From positions 4,928,001-4,992,000 of the forward strand of contig OY762007.1 in NCBI GenBank assembly GCA_963665115.1: 64,000 bases of DNA. Reading direction: 5' to 3'. A program made the translations under genes and the position numbers. Every line of letters starts with the position of its first letter. Position 1 is the first letter of the stretch. The notes beneath the pieces are model-generated. The model was given only the letters and a program-made list of their open reading frames with translations, was not told the DNA's origin and made no database searches. Below are positions 12,566 to 24,197 of this stretch, in pieces. The stretch comes from an uncultured Rivularia sp. (GTDB taxonomy: Bacteria; Cyanobacteriota; Cyanobacteriia; Cyanobacteriales; Nostocaceae).

Positions 12566-14591
12566 TTACTCGACTCCTAAATAAGCCTTTATCGCTTCAT
12601 TAACCATATCTGTCATCGGTTTACCCTGACTTTCGGATGCTTCCTTCAATTTGCTGTAAACATCATCTTTCACAGTAACTCGATGTCTCAATTTCTTGGC
12701 TGTTGTAGTATTATCGATCGCTACTGTATTACCGCCGCTCTCTTCTGTAACTGCTGCTGTTGTCGAATCTGCCATTGTTTCAACTAAGCCATCGCTATCG
12801 TCAGAGACTCCGGGAGCAACTTTTTTGGTTTCGTATTTGGCTGCATATTCGCGAATCGCATCAAATCCGACTCGATTACAAAAGTCACCAAAACTCTCTT
12901 CGGTTTGGCGGGATTCTTTAAAGTAAACGAACATTGGCTCTAACTGCGTTTCTAAATCATTCTGGTGCAGCCTTTCCATGTAAGGAATTGCTAACCGAGT
13001 TTGATTTGGCGAACCTCCCAGCCACAATTGATACGCATCCGGTGCGCTACCGACAAAACCCATTTCTGCCATGTAGGGACGAGCGCAACCGTTAGGACAG
13101 CCAGTCATACGTACCACAAAATGCTCGTTTTGTAAACCCACTTGATTCAAAAGCGTGCGAATCCGGTCTAAAATGCTGGGTATTACTCGTTCCGATTCGG
13201 CGATCGCCAATCCGCAGGTGGGAAGTGCGGGACAAGCCATTGCATAGCGTACCAAGGGTTCAATTTGGTCTGGGTCGCTATTTATACCGTGTTTTTGCAG
13301 TATTTCTTCGATGGCTGCTTTTTTATCGGGTTCGATGTCGCAGAAAATCAGGTTGTGATTGGCAGTAAGACGAACATCTAAGTTAAACTGCTCGACGATT
13401 TTCCGCAATGCAGTTTTGAGTTGAAATGTTCCTTCGTCTTTGACTCTACCGTTTTCGATAGAAATTCCTAAAAATAGCTTTCCGTCACCTTGTTCGTTCC
13501 AACCAAGATAGTCGTAATATTTAAACTCGGGTAATGGTTTAAAAGGTTCTAAAGACTTACCAAAATATTCCTCAACCTTGGAACGGAATTTTTCTACACC
13601 CCAATCGTTGATTAAATATTTTAAACGAGCGTGTCTTCTTTGAACTCTGTCTCCATAATCTCTTTGAGTGGCGACAATGGCTTTAACTAACTCGAAAACG
13701 TCTTCTTTTGAAACGTAACCAATTTCGTCAGCCTTTCTAGCAAAGGTTTCTTCTTTATTGTGGGTTCTTCCCAAACCACCGCCAGAAAATACATTGAATC
13801 CCTGCAACTCAGAATTTTCGTCAGTAATTACTACCAACGATAAATCTTGAGTATAAAGATCAATGCTATTATCACCCGGTACCGTGACGCTAATTTTAAA
13901 CTTGCGCGGCATATAATGGGTACCGTAAATCGGTTCGGGGTTATCGTGAAAAATAGTTCCCGTACCGTTGCGCTGACGTGCGGCTTTTACTTCCGGACTT
14001 TCTTCAGCGCTGATAGCCTTTTCACCATCGAGCCAAATTTCATAATAAGCGCCTGTTTGCGGCGTGAGTAAATCGGCAATTTTATCGGCGTACTCAACGG
14101 CGTATTGATATTCTGGTTTATTTTTTAAAGGAGCGGCAGGTGTCATGATATTGCGATTCAAATCTCCACAAGCCCCCAAAGTGGAACCCATGTTGTTCAC
14201 AATCGCGGCAATAGATGCCTTGAGATTTTTCTTTAAAATTCCGTGCAACTGGAAACCTTGACGAGTAGTTACCCGCATCGTGTGGTTTCCATAATCATCG
14301 GAGAGTTTATCTAAAGCTAAATACAACTGCGGTGGAATAAAACCCCCCGGATTCCGGGTTCGCAGCATCATTTGATAGTCTTTTTCTTGTCCTCTGGCGC
14401 GATTATCCCGGTTATCTTGCTGATAAGAACCGTGGAACTTAAGAATTTGTATCGCTTCTTCACTAAAGTGAGTAGTATCTTCTCGAATCTCAGTAGCTAC
14501 AGGCTCGCGCAAAAAATTGCTGCGTTCCTTGAGTCCCTTCAAGCTTAGAAGGTTTACGGTTTGTGTTTTCGGGAGGAGCGGACTTAACCAT
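12566..14591 (-). CDS. sir: Ferredoxin-dependent sulfite reductase; start at 14591 with +1 frameshift at 14535-14537
   Basis: [35 protein letters not shown] siroheme/4Fe-4S motifs; upstream frame [19 protein letters not shown] joins after removing one base. Confidence 0.93.
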
Positions 14592-15263
14592 TGCAGTGGT
14601 ATTGTGTTCTCGTAGTGGCTAAATATACTGCCGAGGCGCGACTTTTACAGTATTTCAATTACCAATTACCGTTTTAATAACACCGACTAAAATAACACCT
14701 TCATCTCTAATACCAATTTGAACTTGGAAAAAGTTGAAGATGTTTATAACAAAGAAATTTAACGGTATTACTAATTACTAATCGCTGGTAAATGACAACT
14801 GGTGAAACACTTGCGGTGGACGGGTTCCCCGGCATAAGCAAAGTGTTTAACCCGGAGGGCCACTGATAAAGATGCATCCCTTCGGCTAAGTAAATTCCCG
14901 GTATTCCGGTCGGAATTGAGGGGAATAACTTGATTTTATCACGCTAGTAAGCCCCATTCGCAATTGAAGCAAGACTTAACAGTGAGGAGTGAGGAGTTAG
15001 GAATTACCAATTACCAATCCCTAATTCTTTAAATTAAAAAAAAACCAGCTTCTCAACAAATATGCCGAGAAACTGAGTTTTGTTTAAGCTATATAGGTAA
15101 ATTCAAACAAAAATGTAAATGGTGTAGTTTCTGAGAATATACTCATGGAATATAAAGCTACGAGTCATTTACATTTTAATTTCAGTAATATTGCCAGTTC
15201 AAATTAATGGCAATAGTTGTTGTGACGGTTGGTAAAATTTCGGTGGAATGTAATTGAAACAAA

Positions 15264-15806
15264 TTAGAAAGTAAAACCAACACCACCACCAACGTTAACA
15301 GGCATAGCGCTGGTATTACTAAAACCATCAAGAGGTACAGTTGCATTACTGTAAACAACAATGCCTTTCTTAACTTGAGATTCGACACCAACACTTGCGG
15401 TTACTGAATCTTTGTTACCTAAAGGAGTTGATTTACCATCTTGTTCGATGAAGGAATAACCAACAGCACCATATACATTAGTTTTGGAACCAAGACCTAA
15501 ATCAGCCGAAATTTCAGGGTTGATTGCGGTTGCTTCGTTGTTCCACAAAACCTTGGTACGTGCGGAGAATGGAGTCTTTTTAATCTTTAGACGACCTTGG
15601 ATGTTACCACCAAGGTTAGCAGCATCGTTATTCTGTCCACCATTGGTTACTTGACCGCTAAGACCACCACCAACATAGGTATCATCAAAACCTTTAGGCT
15701 GTGCGGAAGCGGAACCAGCAGATAAAACAGCAGGAGCGATTAATAAAGATGATATTGCAGAAATTGTAAGGCAAGACTTAATAAAGCGTTTCATAATTTT
15801 CACCAA
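15264..15806 (-). CDS. Secreted outer-membrane beta-barrel-like protein
   Basis: Signal peptide ending ASA, alternating beta-strand pattern, C-terminal GVGFTF. Confidence 0.65.
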   Translation of the reverse strand: MVKIMKRFIKSCLTISAISSLLIAPAVLSAGSASAQPKGFDDTYVGGGLSGQVTNGGQNNDAANLGGNIQGRLKIKKTPFSARTKVLWNNEATAINPEISADLGLGSKTNVYGAVGYSFIEQDGKSTPLGNKDSVTASVGVESQVKKGIVVYSNATVPLDGFSNTSAMPVNVGGGVGFTF

Positions 15807-16474
15807 ATAAACTGGAGGTTGGTTTACATTTATAGTCGAAAAACAAAGCTATTAGGTTCCAAAAGTTTTCGGATAAATTGTTAATTTGCTACCTAAAACT
15901 CTGAAAATACTCGTATATAAATCTTTTGAGTTTTATTGGTTGATTTTTTACTAAAGTAATCGGTTTTAGATGACCGATAAATACAAAAAGATGTTTCTAA
16001 AACTGAGTCAGAAAACTCTTTAGTAGACTGTTTAGAATCTGTCACAAAGTAAAATGGATTAATCGAAAATTTTTAATAAATGATATTAAATAAATTCTGT
16101 TATCTTCCGGATGATTTTTCTCAAAAAAAATATGTCTAAAGGTTGAAAAATCATTTTAAGCATTTAGAAACCCGGTTTCTGGGACTTCATCACATCAGTT
16201 ATCAGGGGTTATCAAGGTTCGTAGTAGCGCTTCAACCCCTCTTCCGTTACGATCAAATCCCTGATCAAAGAAGGGCGAGCAAGATGCGAACACTACATTT
16301 TTATTACCTTTTAAAATTAATGAAATGTACTATTGGTAGTCGATTGCATTAAATTTAACGGGTTTGTTTTTCCGGAAACGTCGGGAGACGTAGCACTGCT
16401 ACGTCTCTACAATCCGTCAGAACAAATGCAAAGGACTATTAGACTATTGTTGTAACATTCCTAATTCCTAACTC

Positions 16475-17815
16475 CTAACTCCTAACTCTAATCCCCCGCT
16501 CAACTCCACAAATGGCACCTATTATTAACCAATAAAGGGTATTTAATCTAAAATCAAAGAGCGTTACGTCCACCGTATTGAAAAGAATCCAACCGAAAAA
16601 TACCAATAAATAACTGAAAAATATTAATTTGTCTTCCTTGGGGATAGTTCCTAAAAATCCCACACCTTTAATAAATATCCAACCCAGCAAACCGAAATAT
16701 AACAGCGTTGTAATTAGTCCAGTTTCAGCAGATAGCATTAAAAATAGATTATGCGGATGACCCAGCCAGAGGTTCATTTTAGTCTCATAAAGATCGGAGA
16801 AATTACGTAAACCCCAACCAGTCCAAGGACGCTGTATCGTTAAATCCCAGGCAAAATTCCACTGAGTTGTACGCATTAAAGCAACTGGTCTATCCGGGTA
16901 TAATTGGTCGTTGAAGCGTGCCCAGAAAAAAGCCGGAACAACCTTACGAAATAACTCTGCGATTGGTGAAGGAGCAAAAGCAGCCAAAACCACGCTACCT
17001 GCAATCCCCATTACAAACCCTACAATTAAGCGCCAGCCTTGGTAAAAAGCATAAACCAAACAAGCTACCAGAGCAATTACCCAAGCATTACGAGAGTTAG
17101 TTAGGATTAGCCCCGTGAAGTTGGCGATCGCCGCGAGGGTGAGGAAGGGGAAGTGATGGGGGGAGGGGGTAGAATTTTTTTCTGCCTTGTCTCCTTGTCT
17201 CCTTATCTCCTTGCCTCTTTGTCTCCTTGTCCTAAATTTGCCTAATTCTTGCAACCATAAACCCAAATTTAAGACAAAAACTATAGCTAAATACCCAGCT
17301 AAGATATTGGCGTAATTGAACGTAGAAGCCATGCGGTTGGGGGGATTTCCTCCAGCTACGAGCATCCAACCAAAGATGCTACTCCATAATTTTGGAGTGT
17401 TCCATCCTAGAAATAATTCTCCCATCCCGATTATTACTACTGGTAGAGAATTTATCGTTAAAATCCAGGATATTCGTTTTAATTGCGCCGTTGTTTGAAT
17501 TAAACGACTCCAGCCAATAAATAATGCAAAGAAAGGTAGTAAATTAAATAAACCTAAGATAGCCGCGATTTTATCCACAGCAAAAACAACGGTAATTACC
17601 AAAAATAAACCTAAAAGAATAAATCCTCGATGCAAAGGATCTTTAGGAATCTTACGGAATTCTTGTCCAAAAGTAATTAAACCACTTAGGAACAAACCGA
17701 CAGCACCCAAACCCGGAAAGAAAGGAAAGATAAATAGTCCAAATTGCAAGCAATGCCAAGAAAATCGTAATTTAGGGTCTGAATGTCGTAAATAAGACCA
17801 TACCTTTTTTATCAT
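16475..17815 (-). CDS. O-antigen ligase/polymerase family membrane protein
   Basis: Many TM helices, LTNSRNAW, RPWTGWG, HPHNLFL. Confidence 0.85.
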   Translation of the reverse strand: MIKKVWSYLRHSDPKLRFSWHCLQFGLFIFPFFPGLGAVGLFLSGLITFGQEFRKIPKDPLHRGFILLGLFLVITVVFAVDKIAAILGLFNLLPFFALFIGWSRLIQTTAQLKRISWILTINSLPVVIIGMGELFLGWNTPKLWSSIFGWMLVAGGNPPNRMASTFNYANILAGYLAIVFVLNLGLWLQELGKFRTRRQRGKEIRRQGDKAEKNSTPSPHHFPFLTLAAIANFTGLILTNSRNAWVIALVACLVYAFYQGWRLIVGFVMGIAGSVVLAAFAPSPIAELFRKVVPAFFWARFNDQLYPDRPVALMRTTQWNFAWDLTIQRPWTGWGLRNFSDLYETKMNLWLGHPHNLFLMLSAETGLITTLLYFGLLGWIFIKGVGFLGTIPKEDKLIFFSYLLVFFGWILFNTVDVTLFDFRLNTLYWLIIGAICGVERGIRVRS

Positions 17816-18056
17816 TCGATTTTGGATTTTAGATTTTAGATTTTGGATTGAGGGGAAAGAGTTAGGAGTAGAGAGTAGAGAGTAGAGAGTAGAGAGTAGA
17901 AAGTAGCAAGTAAATCACTTTTTATTCTCATTTTCATAAATGTTGCTGCCGTAGAGGCATCTATTTTTACTAGCTACTCATTACTCACTACTCACTACTT
18001 TAATAATGTCCCCTTGTCCCCTTGTCTTCTCATCTCCCCATCTCCCCAATCCCCAT
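17816..18056. repeat. STRR heptamer/octamer tandem repeats
   Basis: ATTTTAG, AGAGTAG, TACTCAC, CCCCTTGT units. Confidence 0.8.
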
Positions 18057-18923
18057 TTATGCCATTTCCCAACATTCCTCTCGGGTGAGACGAATTTGAG
18101 CTAGGGCGAAAATAGTGGGGATAATTCGACCATAGTTAGTGGCGATCGCTCTCCATCCCAAATCGGCGAAAAACCAAGCCCACATCATGGGACCAATAAA
18201 TGCAAATACGCTTCTGACGGCACCGTAACGAGCTGCACTCACTGCCATACCTCGACGTGCTATTTGGGAAGTAGCATAACCCTGAAACTGTTTGGCAGCA
18301 ACGGTACCACCCTTAATTGCTGCTTGTCTGGCAACTTGATAAGTAGCGAAATGAGTTGCAAACTGACGGGTGATTTGTTTGAGCAACATTGGTTGAATAA
18401 CCGAAGTCACGGCTATTGCACTACCGCCTTTAAAAATTAAACCCAAAGGATCTTTTTGTAAAGCCAGAGGTAAAGGTTCTTTGAGTTCGGATTTTATTAA
18501 TTGCTGCTGTACCTTCTCGGTTAACTTTCTTTTTTCACCCGCAGGTAATCTCTTCCAAACTTTTCCTAAAAGATGCAAAAATACTTCAGCTTCTAAATCA
18601 ACGGTTGTCAAATCATCACAATAAGAAATTTTTAAATATTTACATACCCCAATCAAAGCTTCGCGGTAAGTAATCTGCTTGCTGCGTCCCCGCAATACCG
18701 TCATTCCATCCGCAGCTAAAAAGCAAAAACGTTCTTCTATTGCATCCAGCCAAGCTTGATGGCTTTGACTTTGCACTTCTATCGGTTCCGGTGTTTGCAG
18801 GTAATCCAAAGGATTAAACTTACGACTAAATAAAATTGCAGTTAAATCTTGCAACTCCTCTTCAGTAGCTAATTCAAGCGCCGCCCTTAATTCATCCAAT
18901 TTCCCTTTCTCCCGAACGAACAT
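18057..18923 (-). CDS. YaaW-like conserved cyanobacterial protein (start uncertain)
   Basis: ELATEEELQDL..RKFNPLDY..FLAADG..ATNYGRIIP pattern. Confidence 0.65.
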   Translation of the reverse strand: MFVREKGKLDELRAALELATEEELQDLTAILFSRKFNPLDYLQTPEPIEVQSQSHQAWLDAIEERFCFLAADGMTVLRGRSKQITYREALIGVCKYLKISYCDDLTTVDLEAEVFLHLLGKVWKRLPAGEKRKLTEKVQQQLIKSELKEPLPLALQKDPLGLIFKGGSAIAVTSVIQPMLLKQITRQFATHFATYQVARQAAIKGGTVAAKQFQGYATSQIARRGMAVSAARYGAVRSVFAFIGPMMWAWFFADLGWRAIATNYGRIIPTIFALAQIRLTREECWEMA

Positions 18924-19009
18924 TTTTTGCCGTACCTTATTCTACTATTAGCTTTCGGCACTCATCAGTAATAGTTTGTACCACTACCTAAAACTGATAA
19001 CTTATACAA

Positions 19010-19355
19010 CAATTGGAGAGGGGGAGACAAGGGGACAAGGAGAGAGGGGGTGGAGGGGGTAGAGGGGGAGAGGGGGGAGAGGGGGAGATGGGGTAGAGGG
19101 GGTAGAATTATTATTAACTCCCTACTTCTAACTCCTACTCCCAACTCCCAACTCCTAACTCCAACTCCCAACTCCCAACTCCCAACTCCCAACTCCCAAC
19201 TCCCAACTCCTAACTCCCAACTCCCAACTCCTAACTCCCAACTCCCAACTCCCAACTCCCAACTCCCAACTCCCAACTCCCAACTCCCAACTCTTCCCAA
19301 TCCCCAATGCCCTATTCCCTATTCCTAAAATCCAAAATCCAAAATCTAAAATCAA
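19010..19355. repeat. Long STRR array (ACTCCCA)n with purine-rich and AAAATCC units
   Basis: About 20 tandem ACTCCYA units at ~19140-19292. Confidence 0.92.
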
Positions 19356-20408
19356 ATGACTGATATTGCAGTAATTGGTGCCGGAATTGCAGGTTTAGTT
19401 TGCGCTCAACAGTTAACCCAAGCCGGATATTCAGTAAAGGTAATAGATAAATCCCGTGGAGTTGGTGGAAGAGTCGCCACCCGTCGGTTATTTGATACCA
19501 AGGCAGATCATGGTGCTTGCTATATCAAACCTAGAGATGAACTTTCACAGCGTTTGATAACTTTGCTGGCTCAAAAAGGCGATTTAGAAGTTTGGACGGA
19601 CAAGCTTTACGTTCAAGATAACTCTTCATCTCCGATTGCCGACTCTCCATCACCTCTTCCCTACACCGCACCGGAAGGAATGAATGTGATAGCTAAATAT
19701 CTGGCACAAGGATTAGATATAGATCGCGGACAACGTGTTAATAGAATTATCCTTAATTCTCAAAATCAATGGCATTTAACTAGTGAAACCAATGAAGAAT
19801 TTACAGCTTCTTCCTTAGTCGTTGCGATTCCAGCACCTCAAGGCGTAATGCTATTGGAGCCATTAGCAGAAAATTTGTTAGATAATCATTTCATGGAAAA
19901 ATTGCGGAGTGTTGAATATTACGCTGCTTTAACCGTAATGGCAGGATATCCCGACTTATCCCAACAACCAGAATGGAAAGCAATTACTTTCAAAAATAAT
20001 CCCGTATTGGGATGGATTGGTTTAGATAGCAGCAAAAGAAAAAATCCCGCACAACCTCATTTTGTGATTCATAGCAGCGCTGACTTCGCGGAAAAATATT
20101 TTGAATCGGATTTGCAACAAATTGGACAACAAATATTAGAAAAAGCAGCTTCGGAGGTAAATTTAGCATGGTTAAATAATCCCCAATGGATGCAGGTACA
20201 TCGTTGGAGATACGCATTTCCCAAAACACCATTAGAACAAACTTGTTTACCAACAGAAATATCTTCACCTTTAGTGTGTTGCGGAGATTGGTGTGGTGGA
20301 AATCTCATCGAAAGTGCAATGCATTCCGGAATCGCAGCAGCAGAATATATTAATAGTAAATTTCAGCAGCGTCAATTACCGGGGATTAATTTGTTTGATG
20401 CTTTGTAG
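19356..20408 (+). CDS. Renalase-like NAD(P)/FAD-dependent oxidoreductase
   Basis: [35 protein letters not shown]. Confidence 0.88.
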   Translation: MTDIAVIGAGIAGLVCAQQLTQAGYSVKVIDKSRGVGGRVATRRLFDTKADHGACYIKPRDELSQRLITLLAQKGDLEVWTDKLYVQDNSSSPIADSPSPLPYTAPEGMNVIAKYLAQGLDIDRGQRVNRIILNSQNQWHLTSETNEEFTASSLVVAIPAPQGVMLLEPLAENLLDNHFMEKLRSVEYYAALTVMAGYPDLSQQPEWKAITFKNNPVLGWIGLDSSKRKNPAQPHFVIHSSADFAEKYFESDLQQIGQQILEKAASEVNLAWLNNPQWMQVHRWRYAFPKTPLEQTCLPTEISSPLVCCGDWCGGNLIESAMHSGIAAAEYINSKFQQRQLPGINLFDAL

Positions 20409-20459
20409 CTACAAACTATAATTCCCTGATAGTAGAGTCAATCCAAAATCCAAAATCGA

Positions 20460-21992
20460 ATGACTGATGTAATAATAATCGGAAGCGGAATCGGGGGTTT
20501 AAGCTGTGCGGGATTATTAGCGAGATATGGCTTTAAGGTGACGGTTTGCGAAAGCCATTCTATTCCCGGTGGAGCAGCACATTCTTTTAATTATCAAGGT
20601 TATAAATTTGATTCTGGCCCTTCGCTTTATTCCGGTTTATCTTACAGCCCTTCAAATAATCCTTTGCGACAGGTATTAGATGCAGTTGGCGAAGATTGCG
20701 AATGGGCGAATTACGATACCTGGGGTTGTTTTCTTCCTGAAGGAGATTTCAACACTTCCGTGGGTGCGGAACAATTTTGTGAGGTGCTTTTAAAATATCG
20801 TGGGGAGAAAGCTGTTCAGGAATGGCAGGAGTTGCAGCGAGTTATGGCTCCTTATGCAGATGCTGCGATCGCGCTTCCTTCTGCTGCTTTACGTTTTGAT
20901 TTTGGTGCTGTAAAAACAGTGGGTAAATTTGCACCTAGTTTACTAAAACATTTTTTCAACGTTTTTAAGTTAACGGGACCTTTCAGTTCGATTATGGATG
21001 AAGTAGTCACCGATCCATTTATTCGCAACTGGTTAAATATGTTGTGTTTTCTGCTTTCTGGATTACCTGCCGATGGTACTTCTGCTGCGGAAGTTGCGTT
21101 TATGTTCGCAGATTGGTATCGCCCTAACGTCAAGTTGGATTATCCGGTGGGTGGTAGTGCTGCTTTAGTTGATGCTTTGCTCAGGGGATTTGAGAAACAT
21201 GATGGAAAATTACTTTTAAAAAGTCATGTTGAACAAATAATTGTTGAAAATAACCGCGCTGTTGGGGTGAGGTTGAGGGGTGGTGAGGAATTAAGAGCGA
21301 ATACAGTAATATCAAATGCTTCTGTATGGGACACTTTGAAATTAATTCCGAAAGATTCGGTACCGCAATTTATTGATAAACGAGAAGCAACACCCGAATG
21401 TGAAAGTTTTATGCATTTACATTTAGGAATTGATGCTTCTAATATTCGTTCAGATTTGCAATGTCATTATATATTTGTCAAAGATTGGGAATTAGGAATT
21501 ACTGCTCCGCAAAATTTAGTATTGATATCAATTCCTTCAGTAATGGATTCTTCCCTAGCACCAACAGGTAAACATTCGATTCACGTTTACACTCCTGGCA
21601 GCGAGCCTTACGATTTATGGCAGGGAATGGATCGGAATAGCGAAGAGTATTTACAACAGAAACAAAAACGCGCTGAAATCATGTGGCAAGCTTTAGAAAA
21701 AGTTATTCCAGATATTCGTTCTCGTTGCGAAGTTACGTTGATTGGTACACCTTTGACTCACGAACGTTATTTGAGAAGGAATCGTGGTTCTTACGGGCCA
21801 GCAATTCGTGCGGGAGAAAGTTTATTTCCCGGATCGAATACTCCTTTAAAAGGGTTAATGTGTTGCGGTGATTCGACATTTCCCGGAATTGGTTTACCAG
21901 CAGTTGCAGCTTCCGGGATGATTGCTGCTAACACTTTGGCTCCGGTTGAGAAGCATTTGGAAATGTTACAGGAGTTGGGGAATTGGGCATAG
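20460..21992 (+). CDS. Phytoene desaturase/carotenoid isomerase-like FAD oxidoreductase
   Basis: GSGIGGL, PGGAAH, FDSGPSL, GTPLTH, CGDSTFPGIGLPAVAASG. Confidence 0.82.
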   Translation: MTDVIIIGSGIGGLSCAGLLARYGFKVTVCESHSIPGGAAHSFNYQGYKFDSGPSLYSGLSYSPSNNPLRQVLDAVGEDCEWANYDTWGCFLPEGDFNTSVGAEQFCEVLLKYRGEKAVQEWQELQRVMAPYADAAIALPSAALRFDFGAVKTVGKFAPSLLKHFFNVFKLTGPFSSIMDEVVTDPFIRNWLNMLCFLLSGLPADGTSAAEVAFMFADWYRPNVKLDYPVGGSAALVDALLRGFEKHDGKLLLKSHVEQIIVENNRAVGVRLRGGEELRANTVISNASVWDTLKLIPKDSVPQFIDKREATPECESFMHLHLGIDASNIRSDLQCHYIFVKDWELGITAPQNLVLISIPSVMDSSLAPTGKHSIHVYTPGSEPYDLWQGMDRNSEEYLQQKQKRAEIMWQALEKVIPDIRSRCEVTLIGTPLTHERYLRRNRGSYGPAIRAGESLFPGSNTPLKGLMCCGDSTFPGIGLPAVAASGMIAANTLAPVEKHLEMLQELGNWA

Positions 21993-22156
21993 GGAATTGG
22001 GCATTGGGCATAGAAAGAAACGTTGGCAATTTAATTATGAATGATTGAAAAAATGTAGAGACGTAATATATTACGTCTCCAATAATTAGTCACATATTAC
22101 ATCTCTATTAATTACCAATTACCAATTACCAATTACCCATTACCCATTCCCAATTA

Positions 22157-22690
22157 CTAAAAATAATCTGGCTGCCAATTTTCGCGGTGGATGGAATAGT
22201 AAACCACCTTTATTTTGTAGAAATGAGCATCTTTTTCGTACTTTAAGCCAGCTTTCTCCATAACTCTCCGAGAAGCGATGTGTTTGGGAGATGCGATCGC
22301 CACAATTTTTTGTAACTTAACGAACTCGAAACCGTACTGCAAGCAGGCTTTAGTGGTTTCTGTCGCAATACCTCGGTTCCAGTAACTTTGGTCGAAACGA
22401 TAAAGAACTTCGATATCGGGGGTATTAGGTAAACAATTTAGTCCGCAATGGCCGATTAGTTTTCCACTAGTTTTTTCGATAGCAGCCCATACACCGAAAC
22501 CGTATTTTTCCCAATGCTCGATGAAATATTCAAGAATTTCCCGAGTAACTTGTTTTTCCTTCCCTTTTGGTATTGATCCCTTGGGTGAATACTTCATTAC
22601 CTCTGGATTGCTCAAAATTACAGATAATCTATCCAAATCATCCAGCGTATAAGGTCTGAGTCGCAGTCTCGCAGTTTCAATTTCTGCCAT
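22157..22690 (-). CDS. RimJ/RimL-type GNAT N-acetyltransferase
   Basis: IETARLRLRP, LIGHCGL, YWNRGIATE, SRRVMEKAG. Confidence 0.88.
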   Translation of the reverse strand: MAEIETARLRLRPYTLDDLDRLSVILSNPEVMKYSPKGSIPKGKEKQVTREILEYFIEHWEKYGFGVWAAIEKTSGKLIGHCGLNCLPNTPDIEVLYRFDQSYWNRGIATETTKACLQYGFEFVKLQKIVAIASPKHIASRRVMEKAGLKYEKDAHFYKIKVVYYSIHRENWQPDYF

Positions 22691-22770
22691 AATTTACTCA
22701 AATTATCCTTTTATCCAGTTACAAGTTTCACGTAAATTAAATCTTGTCCGGTTTTTTGGGAAGAGGGTTG

Positions 22771-22925
22771 TGAGGGAGCGGGGATGGGGAGAGGGGGTAG
22801 AGGGGGGAGAGGGGGAGAGGGGGACAAGGAGAAAGATAATTACTAACTCACTACTCACTACTTACTACTTACTACTCCCAACTCCCAACTCCCAACTCCT
22901 AACTATCCCCAATTCCCAATTCCCT
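22771..22925. repeat. STRR tandem repeats
   Basis: GGGGAGA, TACTCAC/TACTTAC, ACTCCCA, ATTCCCA units. Confidence 0.8.
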
Positions 22926-23760
22926 AACTCCAATAAGTTAATGGTTCTTCTTGGTTGCGATATCCGATAAACATGGACATGGAAACTCTGGGACCACCGT
23001 GGGAAGCTCTTACTGCATGAACTCTTGTAGAATCAAATAGTATTAGTTCTCCTACTTGAGGTTTTATTACAGAATAAGCTTCTGGTAAAATTCTTCGGTC
23101 GATGATTCCTTCGTATTTGTATTCTTGGTCGTGAATTTCTGGTTGTTTGATGCTTGAAGGTTTGACATTCCAGATTTCTAATTCTCCGCCAAATTTGGGG
23201 GTACGTAAGTAAATATTAGCGCTTAATTGAGTTACTAAGTAGGAGAAAGGATAGGTGGGATAAATGGGAGCATCTGATACGTCTCTGGCAAGAATATCTT
23301 GATGGGGTGGAAGTTCAAAATCATCTTCAAATACTCTACCAATTCCCGCTAACATGGTGCGATTGTGGATGTTTTCGATGCAGGCACCTGCTAACCACAT
23401 ATCTCCTAAATCTAATCTTAATTTGTCGATGGGTGAAAGAAAAGGAGAACAAACACCACGGATGTTTCTATTACAGGCTGGAGCTTGTTGGTAATAACGT
23501 TCGAGCATTTCGACATTACCGTTGGTTTCAAAGAAGGTAATTCCAGTTCTTTGCACTCCCACATCTGGCGCTCGATGATATCTTTCTAAGCTGTCTTGCT
23601 CGATTAATTCTTCACTAATTTTTTCGGCTTGTTCGTGGTGATAGTAGCTGGGAATTCGTAAGGCAAGTAATTTTCCTTCTAATAAATCCAGTAAATCTGT
23701 CATTACCAAACTTTGAGAAATTTTTACCAAGGTTTTTTGTTGCTGTTGAGTCGATTGCAT
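22924..23760 (-). CDS. 2OG-Fe(II) oxygenase superfamily protein
   Basis: HxD (PHQD), SANIYL..GGELEIW, GELILFDS..VHAV, R-x-S (RVS). Confidence 0.78.
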   Translation of the reverse strand: MQSTQQQQKTLVKISQSLVMTDLLDLLEGKLLALRIPSYYHHEQAEKISEELIEQDSLERYHRAPDVGVQRTGITFFETNGNVEMLERYYQQAPACNRNIRGVCSPFLSPIDKLRLDLGDMWLAGACIENIHNRTMLAGIGRVFEDDFELPPHQDILARDVSDAPIYPTYPFSYLVTQLSANIYLRTPKFGGELEIWNVKPSSIKQPEIHDQEYKYEGIIDRRILPEAYSVIKPQVGELILFDSTRVHAVRASHGGPRVSMSMFIGYRNQEEPLTYWS

Positions 23761-24197
23761 ACAATTGTTCCTTTGTAATTTAATGTGGACTACTTGACGA
23801 ACTTGAAATTGGGTGAAGACTGGAAATCCCTGTTTTGCTAATTAGTCAATCCTGTAGTTATACAAGGTGAGTCATAACTATTACGCACAAGTTTTAGAAA
23901 AAATATGCTGTAATTGCGGTAAGTCCTATCGGAAAGGGCTTTTGAGGAGATAAGAAAAAGGTAGAAGCAGTGATTTAACTTAGATTATGTGAAATATTTA
24001 TTCTGAGTAAGATCAAAAAAGCCTGATAACTGAAGGGAATTATTCTCTTGCTAGCAGAGGGTTATCGATTATAAAAACCTTACTAGACGCTGAGGGCGCA
24101 GAGGAAAGAAAGGAAGAGAGAGATAATTTTAGAGCGGGATAAAAGCAATTCCTAATTCCTAATTCCTAACTCCTCACTCTTAACTCCTAACTATTTA

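Noticed and set aside
18965..19355. ORFs with (GVGSWEL)n/(TPNSQLP)n repeats, and the array as a CRISPR
   Set aside because: Translations of heptamer STRR DNA; no unique spacers
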